Shown here piece after piece: positions 1-6,454 of a stretch of 34,160 nucleotides of DNA (its first letter is position 1; each line of letters starts with the position of its first letter). The notes under the pieces are model-generated. The model was not told where the DNA came from and did no database searches. It was given only the letters and a program-made list of their open reading frames with translations. Made by a program: the position numbers and the translations under genes. The stretch is taken from the NCBI GenBank assembly GCA_049298935.1, contig JBAQWN010000031.1, positions 1 to 34,160 of the forward strand. The letters are read 5' to 3'. Origin of the DNA: Minisyncoccia bacterium. Its GTDB lineage: Bacteria > Patescibacteriota > Minisyncoccia > Phycocordibacterales > Phycocordibacteraceae.

Positions 1-2
1 TG

Positions 3-359
3 CCGTTCACCGTTGACTGTATGTATTCGGACAATGGAAAAGAGTTTAAAGGAGCTTTTAAAGCATTGTGCAGAAAGAACACCATCGTTCAGAAGTTCAC
101 CAAGCCATACACGCCACAGACGAACGGAAAGGCGGAGCGGGTCATCAAGACCATCAAGACTGAATTGCTGAAAGGTCACTCGCATCTTTCTCGAGAAGAA
201 CGCCGTCGCCACCTGTATGCGTTTGTTCGCTGGTACAACCAAGTGCGTCCACATCAATCCCTTGGAAACGTTTCTCCCATGACGTATCTAGAGGCGTATG
301 TCGCCCAAACCAAAACGGAGTTGAAATCACTCAAAAGTGTCACTAACGCGTTGACTTAG
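3..359 (+). mobile_element. IS481-type DDE transposase (integrase-core/rve fold), C-terminal portion; 5' end lies outside the window
   Basis: The frame is open from base 3 (PFTVDC precedes the listed Met). YSDNGKEF (second catalytic Asp), PYTPQTNGKAERV (catalytic Glu) and RWYNQVRPHQSLG..SP are the classic IS481/retroviral-integrase-like core motifs. The IS terminus could not be identified. Confidence 0.8.
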
Positions 360-370
360 TACATTGGGGC

Positions 371-398
371 TTGACTTTATAATAGTTTCGTGTATTAT
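371..398 (+). promoter_or_regulatory. sigma70-like promoter of the SPFH cassette
   Basis: TTGACT (371-376), 16-nt spacer, TATTAT (393-398). AAGGAGG (452-458) lies 6 nt before the ATG at 465. The -10 context GTGTATTAT (390-398) is identical to 28268-28276. Confidence 0.55.
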
Positions 399-464
399 GC
401 GTCCTAGAACGCAGTTCTTTGCTGCGACATATAAAACAACAAACAAACGCTAAGGAGGCGTATC

Positions 465-1544
465 ATGAGTCACACATCGGTAGAACATAACCCTACACCA
501 ATCAGACCCGACCCGAAGCTGTACATAGCCCTCTGGTACTGCGGTATCGCAATCATCGTCACTATCATAACGGCCTCATGGCTATTGTGGGGTACATTGT
601 TCTTCGGCGGAAATTTCGACACGGGACAAACGATGCTAATTGTTGCGGCGCTTTATCTCTCCATTTCTGTTAAAGAAGAACGGGAGAATGAGGTTGGCGC
701 GGCATTCTGCTACGGCAAAGCTCTTGTCGAACTGCCTTCCGGTTTGCATTTCATCCCACTCTGGCTTATGCAGATCAGAACGGGTCCTCGAACTGTCAAA
801 GAGTTCCAGTGCCCTGGCGATCCAGAAATTGTCCAGAAAACAGATGACAAAGAACAACTCAAGGAAGGAATGGTTCGACCAATCCGCGTCGTCACTGGAG
901 GGAAAAAAGAGGATAATACTGATATCCTGAATGCTCGAATGACGATAAGTTTGTCATTCTTCGTTCGATGGGCAATTACGGATGTACTCACGTACGCATC
1001 AAACTACGGAAGCCCTGACGAAATCGAGAAGCAAGTGCGCGACATCGGTGAGGCTGTCCTCGCTGAAGACGCAGTTAAACACACGCCGTCAAGTTTTATA
1101 GACGGCCTGTTAACCATCAACAACCACCTCACTGAACAGGTCGCTGGACGCTTCGCAAATGCAGGCATACGCATCATCTCGACTCGACTCATATCACCCG
1201 ACGTGAGTCACGAAGTCAGTATGGCTCTCGCCGATATCCCAAAAGCGCGAGCTGCAGCGGAAAAAGCTATGATCCTGGCCGAGGGTGAGAAAGTGAGGCG
1301 CACGAAAGAGGGCGAAGGCGATGCTGCAGCTATAAAGACCAAGCTTTTCGCCGAAGCCGAAGGCAGAAAAGAGATGATGAAGAAACTCGGTATTGATGGT
1401 CATGCTGTACTTGCCTCTGAAGCCGTCAAGAACATAAATGACAAGGCTGATGTTGTTGTGCTTGGCCAAGGAGGAATTGCAGATGCTATTGGACTAGTAA
1501 AAGCGGCCCAAACCATTCTCAACCCAAAGAAGAAAGAAGGGTAA
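465..1544 (+). CDS. SPFH/band-7 (stomatin/flotillin/HflKC-like) membrane protein
   Basis: Two N-terminal hydrophobic helices. SPFH core begins VKEERENEVGAAFCYGKALVELPSGLHFIPLW and continues ..ARMTISLSFFVRWAITD... A C-terminal Ala/Glu/Lys-rich coiled-coil segment (KARAAAEKAMILAEGEKVRR..EAEGRKEMM) is typical of the family. Strong SD upstream. Confidence 0.8.
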   Translation: MSHTSVEHNPTPIRPDPKLYIALWYCGIAIIVTIITASWLLWGTLFFGGNFDTGQTMLIVAALYLSISVKEERENEVGAAFCYGKALVELPSGLHFIPLWLMQIRTGPRTVKEFQCPGDPEIVQKTDDKEQLKEGMVRPIRVVTGGKKEDNTDILNARMTISLSFFVRWAITDVLTYASNYGSPDEIEKQVRDIGEAVLAEDAVKHTPSSFIDGLLTINNHLTEQVAGRFANAGIRIISTRLISPDVSHEVSMALADIPKARAAAEKAMILAEGEKVRRTKEGEGDAAAIKTKLFAEAEGRKEMMKKLGIDGHAVLASEAVKNINDKADVVVLGQGGIADAIGLVKAAQTILNPKKKEG

Positions 1545-1545
1545 T

Positions 1546-2241
1546 ATGTCATCGATTACGATCGCCATCCTCATCACAATCTTCGCGGTCTGGATGTATT
1601 CGAAGTACGTGAACAGTATTCTTGCAGGAGCAGGTAAGGCATCTGGATGGCTGCGTGGTAGTGACGCATCTTTCAAGACCGCCATCACGACATTGCTCGC
1701 CCTCGCTGGCATCGGACTGGTTATCTGGTTTATCTATTCCCCACCAAGTCTGGCGGGTGTGATAAAACTCCAGACTTGGTGGGGTGCAATCCTAATACTC
1801 TGTGTAGCTGGACTCATCGCAGTCCCGTTCTACTCAAAAAAGTTAGGAGGAGCGGCACCAGCATTCGAGTGGGTGCTGTGGGGAGTCATGCTCACATTCA
1901 CCTTGCTCATCCCAGGGTTCGAGTATTTCCGAGAGATTGGCGCTACTGCTCGTTCTGCGCATAGCACAGCCTCAGCAAGCACGGTGCCATCAGGACCGGT
2001 TTGGACAAAGATTACTCTGCCAGCAGGGGGGAAATCGGGAAGCATTCCACTTCCGTTCCACAAACACCCTGTGATTGACCGGATTGGTATTGAGACCCAT
2101 CTCCAATACCAGGACGGCGATGAGTGTGAATTCACGACCGATAGATACGATTGTCCGAGTGGAGACATTCCTTCCGTGTATTTCACGAACGAGGGAGAAA
2201 CGGAGAAGACATTCTCTTATTCTTTCGCTGAGAAATACTAG
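1546..2241 (+). CDS. hypothetical polytopic membrane protein with a roughly 90-aa C-terminal soluble domain
   Basis: The ATG lies 1 nt after the SPFH stop (TAA 1542-1544), with GAAGG upstream, consistent with translational coupling. About four hydrophobic helices, then a Cys-containing tail (DGDECEFTTDRYDCPSGD). No family recognised. Confidence 0.6.
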   Translation: MSSITIAILITIFAVWMYSKYVNSILAGAGKASGWLRGSDASFKTAITTLLALAGIGLVIWFIYSPPSLAGVIKLQTWWGAILILCVAGLIAVPFYSKKLGGAAPAFEWVLWGVMLTFTLLIPGFEYFREIGATARSAHSTASASTVPSGPVWTKITLPAGGKSGSIPLPFHKHPVIDRIGIETHLQYQDGDECEFTTDRYDCPSGDIPSVYFTNEGETEKTFSYSFAEKY

Positions 2242-2254
2242 AAAAATGCAAAGA

Positions 2255-2290
2255 CCGCCCGGCTTATACCTGGCGGCCTTTTTTTATTTT
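2255..2290 (+). terminator. intrinsic terminator closing the SPFH cassette, shared with the convergent pilin array
   Basis: CCGCCCGG / CCTGGCGG stem (8 bp, one mismatch), loop CTTATA, followed by CCTTTTTTTATTTT. It sits between convergent genes ending at 2241 and 2289. Confidence 0.6.
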
Positions 2291-2570
2291 ACATCCACCT
2301 TCCTGCCCCAATCATCGGAATTTGTTTAATACCAAACGTGCCGAGGGCGAGATTGATAATGCCATAGGCACCAAAGATGATCACAAGCCCGACAAGGCTC
2401 CACAAGATGACTTCCTTTCCCTTTCCACGCTCTGTCTCATTTCCCGCATGTATCACAAACTGGAATACACCCCACAAGAAGACAGTACACGCGACAGCCG
2501 TCAAAAGCAGAATAATCGGATTGATTATCTGCACGACGACCTTACCAAGAAACTCGTTAAGAACGGACAT
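2289..2570 (-). CDS. small two-helix membrane protein, VirB2/TrbC-like pilin paralog 6 (no signal peptide)
   Basis: Starts directly at helix 1 (INPIILLLTAVACTVFLWGVFQFV), then charged loop GNETERGKGKE, then helix 2 ILWSLVGLVIIFGAYGIINL. Same core as the four genes upstream. Confidence 0.6.
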   Translation of the reverse strand: MSVLNEFLGKVVVQIINPIILLLTAVACTVFLWGVFQFVIHAGNETERGKGKEVILWSLVGLVIIFGAYGIINLALGTFGIKQIPMIGAGRWM

Positions 2571-2573
2571 TTA

Positions 2574-2951
2574 CTACCCGCCGATCTGAACACCCGCCTT
2601 CGGTGTGCCGCCCGTGATCCCAGAGTTATTCCCGAAGCTGACCGAGCCCGTGAGAATGTTCACAAGACCCCACACCGAAACCATCACGAAGAAGCCGATA
2701 AGACCCCAGAGCATCAGACCCTTGCCCTTTTCTTTTGTTTCATCAGACCCTTGCCCAAGAATAAATACTTGGAATGCGCCCCAGACGAAGACGATGAACG
2801 CGACGGCAAAGATCACGGGGACGAACACATTGTTGATCGTACTGATAATAAACGAACCAACGTCTGATATGTTACTAACGGCCGCAAGAGAAACGAGCGG
2901 TACGGCAAATGCGGCGATAACTCCAGAGGTGATGGTGAGTGCTTTTTTCAT
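2574..2951 (-). CDS. small secreted two-helix membrane protein, VirB2/TrbC-like pilin paralog 5
   Basis: Signal peptide MKKALTITSGVIAAFAVPLVSLAA. Core VPVIFAVAFIVFVWGAFQVFILGQGSDETKEKGKGLMLWGLIGFFVMVSVWGLVNIL. Gly-rich tail. Confidence 0.65.
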   Translation of the reverse strand: MKKALTITSGVIAAFAVPLVSLAAVSNISDVGSFIISTINNVFVPVIFAVAFIVFVWGAFQVFILGQGSDETKEKGKGLMLWGLIGFFVMVSVWGLVNILTGSVSFGNNSGITGGTPKAGVQIGG

Positions 2952-2976
2952 ACTATAAGAAATGATTAATAGGTTA

Positions 2977-3004
2977 ATTGTAGCGTCTTGGCTGTATCGG
3001 TCAA
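2977..3004 (-). promoter_or_regulatory. internal sigma70-like promoter inside the pilin array
   Basis: On the minus strand: TTGACC (3004-2999), 16-nt spacer, TACAAT (2982-2977). It lies in the only sizeable gap (92 nt) of the array, 25 nt upstream of the ATG at 2951. Confidence 0.5.
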
Positions 3005-3043
3005 TACTCTCTCAGGCGATGTGGGGATAATCCAACACCCTCC

Positions 3044-3415
3044 CTAGAGCGTTGGCGGAGTTATAGCCTTACCACCTAGAGAGAGACCGAAGGTGCTGCC
3101 TACAAGAGTAACGAGGCCCCAGAAAGCGAAGATGACGACGAAACCAACTATTCCCCACATAATGAATTGTTTGCCTGTTGTGCGCGCCCCTTCATCGTCT
3201 GCCCCATAAATGAAATATTTATATACTCCAATAATAAAGGTGAAGAAGGCAATGGCGATGAGTGCCGGAACGAGAGCCTCGTTGATGAGGGTGGAAATTC
3301 CCTTGGTATACGGGGTTATCTTGTTTGTATCAATCCCTGTCTGTGCAAATGCAGTAAATGGCAGAGAGAGGGTCGACACTACTGAAGCGAGAAAAGCAAG
3401 GATGGTTCTTTTCAT
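3044..3415 (-). CDS. small secreted two-helix membrane protein, VirB2/TrbC-like pilin paralog 4
   Basis: Start moved to the internal ATG at 3415 (MKRTILAFLASVVSTLSLPFTAFA/QTG signal peptide), 4 nt after the upstream stop. Core LVPALIAIAFFTFIIGVYKYFIYGADDEGARTTGKQFIMWGIVGFVVIFAFWGLVTLV. Confidence 0.65.
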   Translation of the reverse strand: MKRTILAFLASVVSTLSLPFTAFAQTGIDTNKITPYTKGISTLINEALVPALIAIAFFTFIIGVYKYFIYGADDEGARTTGKQFIMWGIVGFVVIFAFWGLVTLVGSTFGLSLGGKAITPPTL

Positions 3416-3419
3416 GGAG

Positions 3420-3869
3420 CTAATATGAGGTTGGTGTTGGCGGAGCGCCAAAACCACCGAGCCCAAAGGAGTTTGAGACGACATTTACCAAGCCCCAGAG
3501 CGACACCATCACAACAAAGCCTATGACACCCCAGAGAATGGTCTGGTGCCCTGACGACACCTCTCCAGGGTCACCGTGAGAGTAGATGTACGTCTTAAAG
3601 ACCCCGTAGAGGAACACGATAAAAGATACAGCGAAGAGGAGCGGGACCAAGACTGAATTAATGATGTAGATAAATGTCATCGCAACGGTACAAATAGTAT
3701 TTGCTCCACACCCGCCACCCATCGCACTTCCCCCTCCAAAGCCGATTCCTATATTAAAGCCATTACCTGAAACATTAAGGCCTCCGGATACCGCAGCAAG
3801 GGCGACTGGTGGTAGGAAGAGGGTGATAATAATGGCGAGGATTGGGACGATATATATTATACGTTTCAT
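3420..3869 (-). CDS. small secreted two-helix membrane protein, VirB2/TrbC-like pilin paralog 3 (Gly-rich insert)
   Basis: Start moved to the ATG at 3869 (MKRIIYIVPILAIIITLFLPPVALAA signal peptide). Gly-rich insert with a Cys pair (GFGGGSAMGGGCGANTIC). Core VPLLFAVSFIVFLYGVFKTYIYSHGDPGEVSSGHQTILWGVIGFVVMVSLWGLVNVV. Confidence 0.65.
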   Translation of the reverse strand: MKRIIYIVPILAIIITLFLPPVALAAVSGGLNVSGNGFNIGIGFGGGSAMGGGCGANTICTVAMTFIYIINSVLVPLLFAVSFIVFLYGVFKTYIYSHGDPGEVSSGHQTILWGVIGFVVMVSLWGLVNVVSNSFGLGGFGAPPTPTSY

Positions 3870-3898
3870 ATGAGCCAAGCGTAGCATGTTATGTACTA

Positions 3899-4159
3899 TC
3901 ATTTAATACCCGGATTAATGCCGAGAGTGGATAACAACAGATTTAAGACGCCCCAGAATGAGAACATCAATACGATACCGACGAGGCCCCAGAGGATAAA
4001 CTGCTTCCCTTCCTCACGCGACTTCTCTTCACTGCCATGAAAGATGAAGTGGCTCAAGACGCCCCAGATAAATGCGGCGGCGGCGAGAGTGAAGATGGTC
4101 GGGATAACGACAAGATTAAGTGCGCTAATAATACTAGCGACGAATTGGGCGAAGGTCAT
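3899..4159 (-). CDS. small two-helix membrane protein, VirB2/TrbC-like pilin paralog 2 (no signal peptide)
   Basis: ATG at 4159 is preceded by GGGAGGAGG-ctaat. That SD is encoded by the VGGG* tail of the upstream gene, so the TTG start at 4177 was rejected. Core VIPTIFTLAAAAFIWGVLSHFIFHGSEEKSREEGKQFILWGLVGIVLMFSFWGVLNLL. Confidence 0.65.
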   Translation of the reverse strand: MTFAQFVASIISALNLVVIPTIFTLAAAAFIWGVLSHFIFHGSEEKSREEGKQFILWGLVGIVLMFSFWGVLNLLLSTLGINPGIK

Positions 4160-4160
4160 A

Positions 4161-4538
4161 TTAGCCTCCTCCCACAAGAGCCTTTACGGTCGCCTGGATG
4201 CCCATCGAGATGCCCTGCGCGCCGAGCAGGACGAGCCCTCCGATAAGGGTCCATTTCAGCATTTCTCGTGCTTTAGTGATTTCACCCGGCTCGCCTTTTG
4301 CCATGACAAATTTATATCCGACAAAGACAATCATCAAGATGAGGACGATCGTACCCATACGGATCACAAAGACGATGATACTTGCAAGAAATGATTCTAG
4401 ACTTCCTCCTCCTTGGAGAGGGTTGATGAGAGTGGTGCCGTTATTATCACCTTGCGCATGCACAGCGGGTGCAGCGCCCGCCGTGCCTAGAAGGAGCGCA
4501 ATGCCAATCAGAGAAATTACAAAGAATCGCTTGGTCAT
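4161..4538 (-). CDS. T4SS-pilin-like (VirB2/TrbC-type) secreted small membrane protein, paralog 1
   Basis: Signal peptide with AxA site (APAVHA/QG). L-I-N-P-L motif. Helix 1 FLASIIVFVIRMGTIVLILMIVFVGYKFV, loop AKGEPGEITKAREM, helix 2 LKWTLIGGLVLLGAQGI. This layout matches CPR/Gram-positive conjugative-pilin-like proteins. The ATG overlaps the upstream stop (ATGA, 4535-4538). Confidence 0.65.
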   Translation of the reverse strand: MTKRFFVISLIGIALLLGTAGAAPAVHAQGDNNGTTLINPLQGGGSLESFLASIIVFVIRMGTIVLILMIVFVGYKFVMAKGEPGEITKAREMLKWTLIGGLVLLGAQGISMGIQATVKALVGGG

Positions 4539-5836
4539 TTTTGTAGAAGCGCAGTGAGCGCGGCACCACCTGTCGTGAGTGCAGTATTAGGTGTCAGGCG
4601 TCCACTTATCACACTGTTAATCATACCTGAAAAAATTGCGTCTGTATCAGCAGGTAAAGGGGATAACCAACCAGCTGTATATAGCGCTTCGGTATAAGCA
4701 ACGGCCCCTGCGGGGTCTGAAGGAACCTCTGCGAGGGGTGTCAGACTCGCCGGCGCGAGCCCAAACGCCGAGGCGGCAACAGTCTGTGGCCCATTACCAG
4801 TGAGGAGAGCCGCCGCCTGATATGCCCCACTCTGGTTACGCGCCCCGTGCGGGATCATAAAGGCATATATGTTGCCGTAGGTACTCTTCAACGTTGCTGT
4901 CGCTAGCTGTGGCAAGAGCGACACTTGTAGATCGAGATTCGGGTTCGCCACCCTGAGGTATCGCGCTTCGGATACATAACCGATATAGAGCGCCAGATCA
5001 CCGGCGAGAAATGCTTGTTGAGAATTAGGAAGAGATGCGTTCCAAGTGTACGAAACCTTCGACGGATCGGCGAACTGGGTATAGAAGTTAAGTACCGCTT
5101 GCCCAGGCGTCGCTCCAGACGAATGACCACTCAAGTCGGCAACTAGTATGCCATTTTTATAAGAAGCAATAGGGACTCCTGTTTGAAGAAAGAATGAAGA
5201 GAGGATCGCGCGCGCGTTGCGAATATTGTCATAGGTGCCAAGAGCGACAAGGCCGCGCGTAACCTGTTTTGTGGGAGTGAAGAGTGCCGTCCTCGGGACG
5301 AGACCAGTAAATGCCTCCCAAGTCGCAGGAGGCATCGTTACACCACTCGAAGAAAGAATGGCGCGATTCGAGAAGAGAACAAGAGGATCAACGAGAAATG
5401 GAATACCGTAGTAACCGGCTCCACTAGGACTCATGAAGATTTCTCCGCCACCAATGAAAGTAGAAGTATATGCCGACACTGGGAGAGTCGAGAGAGGTAT
5501 GGGCTCAATAAACTTCGACAGAACGAGCAGACTCTCTTGCGAAGCGAGCACGAGGTCTGGTGGAGACCCAGAGGCTATCGCCGAAGTGAGGTCGACAGAG
5601 AGCGTGCGTTCATCTTTCTGTACATATGAGACGTCCTTCATAGACGGATTGTCGCGCGCAATACCAACAAGAATGTTTTGCATCTCTGTCTTCGGCAAAA
5701 CTCCCCATATAACGACCGTACCTATACCGCCTGAACCAGAATTACTACTGTTGTGTGTCGCGAAGACAAATAAGCCAATAAACGCACTGAGGCCGAAAAC
5801 ACCGATTAAAATAACTCGGAACAATGACATTTTCAT
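4535..5836 (-). CDS. membrane-anchored extracellular solute-binding protein (ABC family-1 SBP-like), orphan
   Basis: N-terminal uncleaved-looking anchor (no lipobox Cys). TVVIWGVLP...IASGSPPDLVLAS...GIPFLVDPLVLFSNR...WEAF resembles sugar/oligosaccharide SBPs. No permease or ATPase gene is adjacent. ATGA overlaps at both ends. Confidence 0.65.
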   Translation of the reverse strand: MKMSLFRVILIGVFGLSAFIGLFVFATHNSSNSGSGGIGTVVIWGVLPKTEMQNILVGIARDNPSMKDVSYVQKDERTLSVDLTSAIASGSPPDLVLASQESLLVLSKFIEPIPLSTLPVSAYTSTFIGGGEIFMSPSGAGYYGIPFLVDPLVLFSNRAILSSSGVTMPPATWEAFTGLVPRTALFTPTKQVTRGLVALGTYDNIRNARAILSSFFLQTGVPIASYKNGILVADLSGHSSGATPGQAVLNFYTQFADPSKVSYTWNASLPNSQQAFLAGDLALYIGYVSEARYLRVANPNLDLQVSLLPQLATATLKSTYGNIYAFMIPHGARNQSGAYQAAALLTGNGPQTVAASAFGLAPASLTPLAEVPSDPAGAVAYTEALYTAGWLSPLPADTDAIFSGMINSVISGRLTPNTALTTGGAALTALLQK

Positions 5837-6369
5837 GGTGCTGTAAAGATTACCCCGTAATGATGTGGCCCTGCACGAAATGATTTCACTTTGTGAAAGC
5901 CGCCATTGATAAAAAATGCCTCAGCTTCATGTTCTGGAACCACTTTATCTTTCGCAGGACCCATCCCGCCGTAGCTCCCCGCCCAATCAACAACCAAGAG
6001 TTTGCTCCCCGGCGCTAGAACGCGCAGAGCCTCTTTTAAGAGTCCGTGACGATTTTCAACTTGAAAGAAGGTATTGGCTAGAATGCCCGCGTCGAGTGAC
6101 GCGTCGCGCAGCTTGGTACCACGAGGCTTTTCAATATCGCCCCAAACCGTCTCAATGACTCGTTGGTGGTGCTGGTGACTGTTCAATTTCAAATGCTTCA
6201 AAACATCTTCCTGTACATCAATCGCATACACTTTCCCACTATGCCCAACGATAGCTGCCGCCACGCGCGCATAGTGCCCCGAGCCAGCGCCAAAATCGCC
6301 GACCTTCATCCCATCATGGAGACCCATCTGCAGCACGTTCTCGTGTGGAGAACTAAAATGTGTACTCAT
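5833..6369 (-). CDS. class I SAM-dependent methyltransferase
   Basis: Motif I VGDFGAGSGHYA, then acidic AIDVQ and post-I/II elements (LAPGSKLLVVDW). Start placed at the ATG at 6369; the track start at 6381 is TTG. The stop overlaps the SBP start (ATGA). Confidence 0.8.
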   Translation of the reverse strand: MSTHFSSPHENVLQMGLHDGMKVGDFGAGSGHYARVAAAIVGHSGKVYAIDVQEDVLKHLKLNSHQHHQRVIETVWGDIEKPRGTKLRDASLDAGILANTFFQVENRHGLLKEALRVLAPGSKLLVVDWAGSYGGMGPAKDKVVPEHEAEAFFINGGFHKVKSFRAGPHHYGVIFTAP

Positions 6370-6397
6370 AATCCTGAGCAAGTCGAAGGACTCATAC

Positions 6398-6435
6398 TAT
6401 ATAAAATACCATGCGCGGGCCGCCTCGGCCCGCGC
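6398..6435 (-). terminator. intrinsic terminator after gyrA
   Basis: 9-bp GC stem GCGCGGGCC / GGCCCGCGC (6413-6435) with a 5-nt loop. On the minus strand it is followed by ATGGTATTTTATAT. It separates gyrA from the methyltransferase-SBP-pilin operon. Confidence 0.6.
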
Positions 6436-6454
6436 AATCAACAGTAGCGAATTT

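Noticed and set aside
1546-2241. Calling the gene after the SPFH gene an NfeD-family partner
   Set aside because: The position fits the classic SPFH-NfeD pairing. However, the C-terminal domain lacks the NfeD OB-fold sequence pattern I would expect, and there is no ClpP-like protease domain. Left as hypothetical.
2322-2867. 181-aa plus-strand ORF, and the neighbouring plus-strand ORFs up to 4557, opposite the pilin-like genes
   Set aside because: The minus-strand frames show six-fold paralogous conservation, signal peptides and proper start contexts. The plus-strand products are charged and low-complexity and do not repeat between paralogs.
2289-4538. Type IV (PilA-like) prepilins or competence pseudopilins
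   Set aside because: None of the six proteins has the G/FTL(I)E prepilin-peptidase cleavage motif at the N-terminus. They have either Sec-type AxA signal peptides or none, plus a two-helix hairpin, which fits VirB2/TrbC-type rather than type IV pilins.
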